Positions 35,202-44,875 of a DNA stretch of 64,000 nt are shown one piece after another (positions within the stretch are counted from its first letter, which is position 1; each line of letters starts with the position of its first letter). A model generated the notes under the pieces. It was not told the DNA's origin. It did not search any database and worked only from the letters and a program-made list of their open reading frames with translations. Made by a program: the position numbers and the translations under genes. The stretch lies in IMG/VR virus record IMGVR_UViG_3300032246_003079. The stretch is one strand, 5' to 3'. The stretch is from a virus.

Positions 35202-35954
35202 ATGGACGAATCAGCAAAATACGGGCAAATGGATTTTAGTTTGCCGCATGACGTAATCAAATTACCATCACAAGGTATATTTTACAAACCAAAAAAAGAA
35301 ACTATTAAAGTAGGTTTTTTAACCGCACAAGATGAAAATATTTTGATGTCACAAAATAACGATAAAGATGGGATTATCTATTCATTACTTAGACAAAAAA
35401 TATATGAACCTGGATTTAACATTAATGATATGTTGGATTGTGACGTTCAAGCAGTTTTAATTTTTTTAAGAAACACATCTTTTGGTCCTGAATATAACTT
35501 TACAGTTACTGACCCGAGAACAAATAAAACTTTTGAAACAACAGTTCTTTTAGATTCGTTGGATTACAAACCGATTGAAGAAAAACCTGATTTTGAAGGG
35601 TTATTTTCATACGTATTACCAAAATCAAAAAAAGAAGTTAAGTTTAGAATGTTAACAATCGGAGACCAAAAAGAGTTGGACAAATTTAATTCTCAATATC
35701 CGGCCGGTATGACAGTACCTATAGCAACCAAAAGATTAGAAAAACAAATTGTAGAAATTGATGGTACTAAAGACCCACTTCAAATTGTAAAGTTTATTAA
35801 TCAAATGCCTATATCAGATGCAAAAGACTTTAGAAGATTTGCATATAAATGTGAACCAAAAATCGATTTACAAAAAGTAATTCAAACCCCGTCTGGAGAA
35901 AAAGTGACTATTGATGTTACTTTTGGGGTGGAGTTTTTTCGCCCTTTCTTCTGA
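35202..35954 (+). CDS. Tail/baseplate-hub assembly chaperone (start revised to 35202)
   Basis: LPSQGIFY, LTAQDENIL, FLRNTSFG, FGVEFFRP; lies between tube and tape measure. The track's ATG at 35148 sits inside the terminator. Confidence 0.7.
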   Translation: MDESAKYGQMDFSLPHDVIKLPSQGIFYKPKKETIKVGFLTAQDENILMSQNNDKDGIIYSLLRQKIYEPGFNINDMLDCDVQAVLIFLRNTSFGPEYNFTVTDPRTNKTFETTVLLDSLDYKPIEEKPDFEGLFSYVLPKSKKEVKFRMLTIGDQKELDKFNSQYPAGMTVPIATKRLEKQIVEIDGTKDPLQIVKFINQMPISDAKDFRRFAYKCEPKIDLQKVIQTPSGEKVTIDVTFGVEFFRPFF

Positions 35955-36099
35955 TTATCAAAAACATCTATTAGACGAAATATATTATTTGGTCAAGTTT
36001 GCAAGATTTTCTTATCGAGACATTATGAGTATGCCAACATATGAAAGAAAGTTCTTCATTAATAAGTTAATCGAGGAAAATAAAAAACAACAAGAATAA
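35938..36099 (+). CDS. +1-frame extension of the tail chaperone (G/GT-type), probably reached by frameshift
   Basis: Open +1 frame FALSSDYQKHLLDEIYYLVK...IMSMPTYERKFF overlapping the chaperone stop, with no good ATG start. Confidence 0.6.
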   Translation, partial: FALSSDYQKHLLDEIYYLVKFARFSYRDIMSMPTYERKFFINKLIEENKKQQE

Positions 36100-36119
36100 T
36101 ATTTATCAAATAAAACTAT

Positions 36120-38129
36120 ATGATGTTTTTAAATTATACTGACCCCTTTGCTGCTGGTAGTGGTGGAGGAACTGAGATTTATACAAATGTACAGGTTTCC
36201 AACTTTTCAGATAAATTGAACAAGGCGTTTACTTCTGCATTTGACCAAACAAGGGTTGAAGATTTTTTTTTAACACTAGAAGCTAAAGCAACAAAACTCA
36301 ATACAACTTTAGGTCAAGGACTTAGAAAGGGAGTTGTAGAATTTCAACAAGAAATTTATAAAGTTTATGAAGAAGGTATACAATATGGTATTGCTTTTGA
36401 AGATGCGGGAAAATTTTTAGAAGGTGTACAATCAAGTATGGGTAGGATGATTCCTACAAGTGCTGAAATGACAAAAAACGCATTAGTTTTTGGAAAAGCA
36501 ATCGGAGAAACTCCTGAAAACGTTGCCAAACTTATCGGAGGAATGACTCAATATGGTATTACACAAAGTAAATCCATTGCGATAATGAACAAAGTTGCAG
36601 CAACCGCAAAGGCGTCTGGTGTTGATGCAAAGGTACTAACCAAAACTGTGTCTGATAATATTCAAAAAGCTCAAATATACGGTTTCAAAAATGGTGTTGA
36701 AGGTTTAACAAAAATGGCCGCTCAAGCACAACGTGTAGGTTTAAGTTTAGAGTCTGCACAAAAAACAGCAAACCTAATCTTGCAAGGTGGACCTGAAAAG
36801 GCAGTTGAAATGGCATCTCAATTACAAGCATTAGGTGGTAATATTGGTGCATTAGGAGACACTTATCAATTAATACATATGTCAATGTATGATATGGAAG
36901 GTCTTCAAGACCAAATTATTAAAGCATCATCTGCCGCTGTTGATTTTAATGAAACTACAGGTGAATTTAAAATTGGTGGAGAGGAAATGTTGAGATTGAG
37001 ACAACAGGCGGAAATTTTAGGTTTAAGTTATGAAGAGGTCGCAAAAGGAGCAATCAACGCCAGAAAAGAACAAGAAATAATGTCCAAAGTTGATTTGGAC
37101 AATTTAACTGAGGAACAAAGAGGGTTAGTTTCAAGTTTAGCAGAAATTGGACCTGGAGGTAAAGTCTCTATAGATTTACCAGGTTTTGAAGAAGGTACTA
37201 GAGACTTGGCAACACTGATGAAAGATAATAGTTTCATAGATGCATTGAATCAGTACAACAAAGATTTAAAATTGACCGAAAAAGATTTACAAACAGAAAT
37301 GTTACAAAATGCAAAAAATCAACTAAGTGTACAAGATAAGCAACTAGCAACATTAATTACAATTCAAAATCAAGGAATTTTTGGTCAAGGTTTAGATGTT
37401 GGAAAAACAATACTTAAAGCTGGAGAAGATAAAACATTATATGGTGACGCTAAATCATCTCTTGATGGTTTAATCGCACAGTTTAACACATCGTTTAATG
37501 CTGCAAATACCTCAATTAAAACCGCATACGAATTGCAATTGGCTATTTTTACAACTTTTGTAGCAACTCTTAAAGGTCTTGTTGATAACACGGTCTCGTT
37601 AATTCAATTAAGAATTGGGGCAATAACAACACCTACACCAAGCCCAACAATAAATGTTTCAGATGCGTTTGTACCTGCAGGTGGAAGAAAAATGGTTACA
37701 AGTTCTTTTGGTAAATTTTTGGGAGACACTAAAGATGATATGTTACTTTCTCCTGGAATTGGAGATTTTTTTAACAAATACAATGAAGCTGAAAACAATT
37801 TGAAATCAATTGGAGGCCCCAAATCGGGAGGAGATTTATCTTTATTATATAAAAACGCTACTGCTCAACCATCACAAAATTTGGTTGACTTATTAACAAA
37901 ATCTTCTTCATTTTCACCAACTAATACAGAAATAACTCAAAAAGTAGAAATAGGAGGTAAAACTGAAGTTACTTTAAACATTAACACAAATATACCACAA
38001 AACCTAATAAACGAAGTTTTGAATACCACTCAATTGAAAGAAACAATTATGACTACAGTTAATACTAGATTAAGTGCTGAATATTCAGATAAATTATCAA
38101 ATGCATTTATTACTCAAAAAAGAGGATAA
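36120..38129 (+). CDS. Tape measure protein
   Basis: 669-aa helical Ala/Gln/Gly-rich protein directly after the chaperone pair. Confidence 0.75.
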   Translation: MMFLNYTDPFAAGSGGGTEIYTNVQVSNFSDKLNKAFTSAFDQTRVEDFFLTLEAKATKLNTTLGQGLRKGVVEFQQEIYKVYEEGIQYGIAFEDAGKFLEGVQSSMGRMIPTSAEMTKNALVFGKAIGETPENVAKLIGGMTQYGITQSKSIAIMNKVAATAKASGVDAKVLTKTVSDNIQKAQIYGFKNGVEGLTKMAAQAQRVGLSLESAQKTANLILQGGPEKAVEMASQLQALGGNIGALGDTYQLIHMSMYDMEGLQDQIIKASSAAVDFNETTGEFKIGGEEMLRLRQQAEILGLSYEEVAKGAINARKEQEIMSKVDLDNLTEEQRGLVSSLAEIGPGGKVSIDLPGFEEGTRDLATLMKDNSFIDALNQYNKDLKLTEKDLQTEMLQNAKNQLSVQDKQLATLITIQNQGIFGQGLDVGKTILKAGEDKTLYGDAKSSLDGLIAQFNTSFNAANTSIKTAYELQLAIFTTFVATLKGLVDNTVSLIQLRIGAITTPTPSPTINVSDAFVPAGGRKMVTSSFGKFLGDTKDDMLLSPGIGDFFNKYNEAENNLKSIGGPKSGGDLSLLYKNATAQPSQNLVDLLTKSSSFSPTNTEITQKVEIGGKTEVTLNINTNIPQNLINEVLNTTQLKETIMTTVNTRLSAEYSDKLSNAFITQKRG

Positions 38130-38166
38130 AAATTAAACAATGTCTATTTATAAAATAAACAAATAA

Positions 38167-41100
38167 ATGGATAGTCCACTTTCATTTAACTCTTCTGAAA
38201 ACTTTAGAAAAAGATTATTAACACGAAATCTTAAACCATATCGTGTTGACGGCACATCTTTTGGAGAATCTTTTCAAAACAAAGAATTTCAAATTGTAGA
38301 TTATTCAGTAAAAGACTCTGAAGAAATTTCTAAAATTGGTGACATACAGGAAAAAGATTTATATAAACAAAATAAATATGGTCCTGATAATAGTAACTCC
38401 ACCTACGGAGATATGGTCAATATTAATGTTAATCTTAATGTTGAAACTAATTTTGGTTTATATGGTTTTAAAAACTCTATTAACTCTAAGTTAGAAAAAA
38501 TTGGAGACGGACAAGAAAAATTATTGTATGTTAATAACATTTACGGACCAACAGAATTTGCAACGTCATATGGTAATACCATAGAAATTAACAAAAATTT
38601 ACAAACAGAAACAAATAAAGGTAAATATGGTTACCCTTTAACCGTTGGTAGTGATTTAGAAAAAATTGGTGATACAAAAGAAAAAGAATTAATTGTAACA
38701 AACCTTTATAAACCACTTAACACAAATAACCGTGGTTTTGGTGATACTGTATGGTACATTAATAATAATCAAACAATTCAATCAAGAGGAGAGGGTGAAT
38801 ATAGTATCTCGGACACAATAAATAGTTTTTTAGATAGTATAGGAAACCAACAAGAAATTTTATCTAAAGTAAGAAATGCATATAAAAATTCTGCTATTAA
38901 TGGTTTTGGTACACCTGTTTATTCAATTAATGATTTAAAACCTTTTGTAACAAATGGACAAGGTGAATATACTATCGCCGATACAATCAACAGTTTTTTA
39001 AATTCTATTGGTAATCAACAAGAAATTGCGTTAAAAGTATTAAACGTTTATAAAAATACTAATAATAATGGTTTTGGAACACCTGTTTATAGTATTCAAA
39101 ATAACCAAGTTATTCAAACTGTAGGTGCGGGAGAGTACAATATTTCTGATACTGTAAACAATAGATTAGAAACAAACGGTAATGATAGGGAAGTTATTTT
39201 AAGAGTTTTAAATAAATATACACCCGATGCGTCTACCCCTGGGTACGGAGCAACAAAATATTCAATTAATAATATATTATCTTTGGGTTCAAATGAAGGT
39301 GAATATGGTTTCCCCGATACAATAAATAGCGAATTAGAAATTGAAGGTGAAACTGACAGACCTATCTTATTTGCTATAAATCAATATGGACCTCAAAATC
39401 AACCAACGGACTCAGTAGACATAAATAAAAATTTCCAATCAAATCCTAATGAAGGTGAATATGGTTTTCCTGATACAGAAAATAGCCAGTTAGAAATTAA
39501 AGGTGAAACCGATAGACCCATATTATTTGCTATAAATCAATATGGTCCCGAACAAGGACAATCACAAACTACTGTAGTTCCAAATTTAAATTTACAAACA
39601 AATGCCAACGAAGGTAACTACGGTTTTCCCGATACAATAAATAGCGAATTAGAAATTGAAGGTGAAACTGACAGACCTATCTTATTTGCTATAAATCAAT
39701 ATGGACCTCAAAATCAACCAACAGATTCAGTTGATATAAATAAAAATTTGGGTAAATTGTCAAATGAAGGCGAATATGGTTTTCCCGATACTAAAGGTAG
39801 TGAACTAGAAGTTATTGGATTTCAAAAAGAACAAGAGGCTTATATTAAAAATAAATATGTAACAGGTGATGGAGACTACGACGTAATAACAATTGAGGAA
39901 ATTATACCAACAAGTTATGGAAGTGCATATGCATATTCATTAACACCTTTAAATTTTATACCTTCGACCTATAGACCCATTAATATATTATTAAGTGATA
40001 ACCCAAGAGGTTCTGATGGTACTTTGTCACAAGATTCCGCTTTAGCGGGAATTGGTGCAAGACAATTAAAAAAAGAATATAAGTATCGAATCGCAAGTGA
40101 GTTGGTGTCTCAAACTTTAGGTAGAGTTAATGTGCTTGACTCATCGGTTGACCCTGATAGTGGTGAAATATCAGTAAAACCAAAACTTAACCCATTTAAT
40201 GCTGCAGGAATAATATCAGGAAATATTCCGTTATTAGCTAGAAATTATACAATTACATCACCTGAATCATTAGTTGGAAGAGCGTTGAATTTCACAGCTA
40301 AAATAGCAGGATTATATTCACCGTATTCCATTATAGTTGGAGAATATTTTGACTACCCAAATAAACGTATGTTAAATAGACTTGTTAAAAACCCTGTTGA
40401 AGTTGTGACAAGTACTGTTATGGGAGCAATTAGAACAATAACAGGTCAAAAAAACAAAAGAGGGTCTGAACTTTTTTTAGCCAACACATCTAACGCAACA
40501 AGAAGTTTATTATTTGGTCAATTATTTTATAATAATTTTAGACCCGACTATAGAGGACTTACGTTAAGAAGACCTTCGTTATTTGCACCTAAACCAAATT
40601 TTTATGGTGGAGGTAATTCTGATGATATATTTTCTACTTTAATATCTCCAGTTAATGCTCAACCTTTAGATAAAAACGGAGAACCTAGTGGTGCACCTGT
40701 TTACTCAGTGGGTGAAATAGGAAAGTATTTTGAAGGTGAATCTTTTCAAAATTATAAATTTGGACTTAATTCTAGAAATTATATAGATGGTACGACACCT
40801 TTAGCGGGTGGATTTACATGGTCTTCTAAAAAGTCATACTTTAAAACAGCACAATTAGCGGGACCTGAAGGGAAACAAAGATTTGGAGAAAGTAGTGTAT
40901 TTACAAAAAATTATGAATCAGGGTTTAAAGATACTGAGTCTTGGAAAATAGAAGAAAACAATGTATGGAGAGACGGTTCAATTTTAGATACAACTCAAAA
41001 AATTGTTGATTCTGCAGACAGGTCAGGAATTAAAAAATTAGAACACGTTGGTACTGCGATAAATCAAATATCTAAAGTTTTTAACGATGGATATGTTGAA

Positions 41101-44100
41101 ATGACAAAAGGTTCTCGAGTTATTAGATATACTTCAAAAAACTCAGTAGGTAGTACAGAAAGTACAGTAAAAGGATATGAATATTGTAGATTATTCACAA
41201 AAGATGTTCCTTTTACAAATTATTCACAACTACAAAAAACGGATGGTAATATTAGAAATTATACCTATTCAGTTTTAGATAATACATATAACCTTAATAT
41301 TGTACCATTTAATGATAAAAATGGACAATCGTCAAATATTATTAATGGTCAGGTTAAAAAATATATGCTTTCGTTAGAAAATTTGGCTTGGAGAACATCA
41401 AACAAACCTGGATTTACCGTACAAGATTTACCGTCTTGTGAAAGGGGTCCTAATGGTGGTAGAATTATGTGGTTTCCTCCATATAACTTGACATTTAGTG
41501 AAGACACAAAACCCGACTTCAGTAATACAAATTTCATAGGTAGACCAGAACCAATATACACATATAATAATACTGAAAGAACTGGACAAATATCTTTTGA
41601 CATTATTGTTGACCACCCTTCCATCTCAAACATTTTAGTGGACCAAGAGTTGAAAGACGTTAAACCTGAGTCAGAATTGAAAAAAGTTATGGATTCATTT
41701 TTTGCTGGATGTTTAAAATATGACATTTATACATTGGGACAAAGATTTGCTTCCTTAGCTCCACAAGATATTCAAACCGCTATTCAACTAATAAAATATC
41801 CTGAACAAGCAACAACTATTATAAAAGAAACACCTGACCCCGAACCTGTAAAAGAAGAAGTTGTAAAAACAACACCACCAGAAACTGAAACAAAAATTTC
41901 AGACCCCAAGTTTCAAGAAATATTTTTGTTTTTTGAAAATGCTCAACCTAACGATTCAAGTGGCCCAACAACAACTAAAGATTTTGAATATTGGTATAAT
42001 GAATATGCGTCAAATAAAACATTGTACGATACAACAAAACCACTTAATAAAGTTTTCAAATATAGTGACGCAAATAAAGTGGCTCTTAACACAACAACAA
42101 CCCCTACTTTTTCATTAACCGAATATGTTGACACAAGAAAACAAACCCTTAGTGGATTTTTTGATAATATATTACAAGAGTTTAATGATTTAAAAGAGTT
42201 TTTAAGCGAAGTATTTAAAGTTTTAGACTCAGGAGGAGAAGTTACTTTTGACTTATTAGCGACTGCCAGCTCAACAAACACTAGTGGTAATCAAAATTTA
42301 TCTGAAAGAAGAAACGATTCGGTTTTAAAGTTTATCGAAAAGTTTACAGTAAATAATAAAACTTTAAAATCATTTATAGATTCAGGAAAATTAAAAATTA
42401 TTAAAAAGGCGACAGGTTCAAGTGCCGCGATTCAAGACCCAAAATATTCACAAATTGATTGTACAAAACCTTTTAAATCACAATACGAAGAAGGTGTTTA
42501 TTCTGTACAAGCAATGGCGTGTAGAAGAGTAAAAATTGAAAAAATTGTATATAAACCAGGACCGCCTGCAAAGTCAGAAACTCCTCCGGCACAAGTTGAA
42601 AGTGCAGCGCCAACCCCTACAGCGGCAGAAAACACGGCACCAAAACCAACACCACAAAACCAAGTAATTGACAACTTCAAACAAACACCACAATATAAAG
42701 ATTTGGCAAAAAAAATATTAAGAAGATTACTAACAGAGTGTAATTATTTTCAAATGGTTAAAGAGACAAATCCATTTATTTATGACACAATTAGAAGTAA
42801 GTTTCAGTATTTTAATCCTGTTTTTCACTCTATTACTCCTGAAGGTCTAAACTCAAGATTAACCTTTTTACAACAATGTGTAAGACCAGGAGATACAATT
42901 CCAACTGTTTCACAAAATGCTGCGGGAACATATAGTTTAGATTATAATGATGCCTTCAACAGTGCATTTGGAGCTCCTCCTGTTTTGGTATTAAGAATTG
43001 GTGATTTTTTTCACACTAAAATAATACCTGATAGGTTAGATATAAAATATGAACTTAATTCAAATATACCGTTAGATTTGAATCCTGAAGGAATAGGTGT
43101 TCAACCTATGTTCGCAAGTATAACATTAGGATTTAAAATGATAGGTGGTCACGGTTTAGCGGGTCCGATTGCCGAACTTCAAAATGCCCTTTCATTTAAT
43201 TATTATGCAAATACTGAAATGTATGATGAAAGGGCGACAATAACTGAAGATGTAACATCACAATATGATGCAGAATATTTTGAAGCTTTGAAAATAAACC
43301 CATTGACAAGACCACAGCAAAACCAACAGAACAAAATTGGAACTACAATTGGAAAACAAGAATCATCTAAATATGATACAACATTAAGTGGATTCACAGG
43401 TGTTTTATCATATAAAGAAAATATGAAAAATTTTATAGACATAACTAAAGAATATGCAAATAGTGTTTTTCAAAATTTAAAAAATATAAATGATAAGTTA
43501 TTAATTGGAGGAATTTTGATTTTTACAAAAGATAGAAAATATCAAACGGGATATTTTAATAACATTAACCAACCACAAACTAACTTAGTAAAAATATTTG
43601 GAAAAAGTCAGTATGAAGAAAAGGTTGATGCGTTGTTTTCTAAGGCAAAAGAAGATGTAGAGAATGAAACAAGTCCGATATTGGCTAGTTTACCTCTACA
43701 GAATTTTACAAATATATCCACAAGAAAAATTAAAAGAAAACTTAAAGATATGATAGATAGTCGACAGTCAACCTACCTATCCACTATAACTGAGGCATCT
43801 AACAACATTGTAAAAAATCAAGTTGATGAAACTAAAACAATTGATTTACTAGACCAATTAAATTATGTGTGTAATTCTTTTGATGGATATTCTAACGATA
43901 AAAATGAAGTAATTGTTTTTTCTTTGACAGGGACTTCTGCAGTTGACCCATCTAATACGACATACGCAAATACTTTGGATGAGTTAAAAGGAGACTTATT
44001 AATTATTGGTTCTAAAATGAGTGGATTTAATAACAACTTAGAAACATATAGTTTAATTCCAACTGCTCAAGATGAAGTTTATAACGATGAGTTTGATTTT

Positions 44101-44556
44101 AATACCTTTATAGATTCGGACCCAGACGCAATAAGTCCTGAAGAAAATAGATTTTTTATGATATTTGGTAAAGAAATTATTGATGACTATACTAAATTTT
44201 TGAATGAAGTCGTCGATACAATTTCAAACAATGAAAGAAAAACTGACTGGTTTAATTATCTTAAAGGTAATTTAGGATTTACAAATACAGGTCAAGAAAA
44301 ACCAACAGGACCTTACGCAAAATATAAAGATTCAAAGGCTTTTGTTGACGCAAGATTTAAAAGTTTTGAAGATAATTTTTTAAGTAAAGAATTTTGTTCA
44401 ACATGTAGTTATAATTTAAATAAAGATAAGGAAAGAAAACTGAATTTTTCTCAAGTATTATTTCCTGCTCAAACAGAAATTGACAACATGAAAGCTCTAA
44501 ACGCATCAACTAATTCTACAGGTGATGAATATAACTTAAAAGTTTCATTCGACTAA
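38167..44556 (+). CDS. Giant baseplate/tube-initiator-like protein with N-terminal repeats and an inserted OmpA-like domain
   Basis: Repeats of about 50 aa (GEYG.PDT.NS.LE..G); FPPY...FIGRPEPIYTYNNTERTG and PPVLVLRIGDF tube-initiator-like halves; ASS...NQNLSERR...RRV OmpA-like motif. Confidence 0.6.
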   Translation: MDSPLSFNSSENFRKRLLTRNLKPYRVDGTSFGESFQNKEFQIVDYSVKDSEEISKIGDIQEKDLYKQNKYGPDNSNSTYGDMVNINVNLNVETNFGLYGFKNSINSKLEKIGDGQEKLLYVNNIYGPTEFATSYGNTIEINKNLQTETNKGKYGYPLTVGSDLEKIGDTKEKELIVTNLYKPLNTNNRGFGDTVWYINNNQTIQSRGEGEYSISDTINSFLDSIGNQQEILSKVRNAYKNSAINGFGTPVYSINDLKPFVTNGQGEYTIADTINSFLNSIGNQQEIALKVLNVYKNTNNNGFGTPVYSIQNNQVIQTVGAGEYNISDTVNNRLETNGNDREVILRVLNKYTPDASTPGYGATKYSINNILSLGSNEGEYGFPDTINSELEIEGETDRPILFAINQYGPQNQPTDSVDINKNFQSNPNEGEYGFPDTENSQLEIKGETDRPILFAINQYGPEQGQSQTTVVPNLNLQTNANEGNYGFPDTINSELEIEGETDRPILFAINQYGPQNQPTDSVDINKNLGKLSNEGEYGFPDTKGSELEVIGFQKEQEAYIKNKYVTGDGDYDVITIEEIIPTSYGSAYAYSLTPLNFIPSTYRPINILLSDNPRGSDGTLSQDSALAGIGARQLKKEYKYRIASELVSQTLGRVNVLDSSVDPDSGEISVKPKLNPFNAAGIISGNIPLLARNYTITSPESLVGRALNFTAKIAGLYSPYSIIVGEYFDYPNKRMLNRLVKNPVEVVTSTVMGAIRTITGQKNKRGSELFLANTSNATRSLLFGQLFYNNFRPDYRGLTLRRPSLFAPKPNFYGGGNSDDIFSTLISPVNAQPLDKNGEPSGAPVYSVGEIGKYFEGESFQNYKFGLNSRNYIDGTTPLAGGFTWSSKKSYFKTAQLAGPEGKQRFGESSVFTKNYESGFKDTESWKIEENNVWRDGSILDTTQKIVDSADRSGIKKLEHVGTAINQISKVFNDGYVEMTKGSRVIRYTSKNSVGSTESTVKGYEYCRLFTKDVPFTNYSQLQKTDGNIRNYTYSVLDNTYNLNIVPFNDKNGQSSNIINGQVKKYMLSLENLAWRTSNKPGFTVQDLPSCERGPNGGRIMWFPPYNLTFSEDTKPDFSNTNFIGRPEPIYTYNNTERTGQISFDIIVDHPSISNILVDQELKDVKPESELKKVMDSFFAGCLKYDIYTLGQRFASLAPQDIQTAIQLIKYPEQATTIIKETPDPEPVKEEVVKTTPPETETKISDPKFQEIFLFFENAQPNDSSGPTTTKDFEYWYNEYASNKTLYDTTKPLNKVFKYSDANKVALNTTTTPTFSLTEYVDTRKQTLSGFFDNILQEFNDLKEFLSEVFKVLDSGGEVTFDLLATASSTNTSGNQNLSERRNDSVLKFIEKFTVNNKTLKSFIDSGKLKIIKKATGSSAAIQDPKYSQIDCTKPFKSQYEEGVYSVQAMACRRVKIEKIVYKPGPPAKSETPPAQVESAAPTPTAAENTAPKPTPQNQVIDNFKQTPQYKDLAKKILRRLLTECNYFQMVKETNPFIYDTIRSKFQYFNPVFHSITPEGLNSRLTFLQQCVRPGDTIPTVSQNAAGTYSLDYNDAFNSAFGAPPVLVLRIGDFFHTKIIPDRLDIKYELNSNIPLDLNPEGIGVQPMFASITLGFKMIGGHGLAGPIAELQNALSFNYYANTEMYDERATITEDVTSQYDAEYFEALKINPLTRPQQNQQNKIGTTIGKQESSKYDTTLSGFTGVLSYKENMKNFIDITKEYANSVFQNLKNINDKLLIGGILIFTKDRKYQTGYFNNINQPQTNLVKIFGKSQYEEKVDALFSKAKEDVENETSPILASLPLQNFTNISTRKIKRKLKDMIDSRQSTYLSTITEASNNIVKNQVDETKTIDLLDQLNYVCNSFDGYSNDKNEVIVFSLTGTSAVDPSNTTYANTLDELKGDLLIIGSKMSGFNNNLETYSLIPTAQDEVYNDEFDFNTFIDSDPDAISPEENRFFMIFGKEIIDDYTKFLNEVVDTISNNERKTDWFNYLKGNLGFTNTGQEKPTGPYAKYKDSKAFVDARFKSFEDNFLSKEFCSTCSYNLNKDKERKLNFSQVLFPAQTEIDNMKALNASTNSTGDEYNLKVSFD
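39313..39722 (+). repeat. 95-nt identical direct repeat (39313-39407 and 39628-39722) within a degenerate intragenic repeat array
   Basis: Both copies read cccgatacaataaatagc...cctcaaaatcaaccaac; a diverged copy lies between them. Confidence 0.85.
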
Positions 44557-44557
44557 T

Positions 44558-44875
44558 ATGCAATACTACAACAGATACCAAAATTTTTTAATTAACGGTC
44601 AACAGACGGTAGTTCCATTTGTTAATCTACCCGTCAGAGCGTCAGACCAAAGATACATTTACACAAAAAATAAAAGTAGATTAGATAAAATAAGTTATGA
44701 AAAATATGGAACACCATATTTTGGTTGGTTAATATTAACAGCAAATCCAATATATGGCGGTTTAGAAACAAATATTCCTGACGGTGCGGTATTAATAATA
44801 CCATTCCCATTAATAAGTGCTCTACAAGGCTACAAAAATGCATTAGATACACATATTTTTTATTATGGCCGTTAA
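44558..44875 (+). CDS. LysM-like baseplate protein (gpX/gp53-like)
   Basis: SRLDKISYEKYGTPYFGWLILTANP...IPDGAVLIIP. Confidence 0.8.
   Translation: MQYYNRYQNFLINGQQTVVPFVNLPVRASDQRYIYTKNKSRLDKISYEKYGTPYFGWLILTANPIYGGLETNIPDGAVLIIPFPLISALQGYKNALDTHIFYYGR

Noticed and set aside
39295-39790. CRISPR array or DGR template/variable repeat pair
   Set aside because: The repeats are in-frame coding units without unique spacers. Differences are not adenine-specific, and no reverse transcriptase or cas gene is present in the window.
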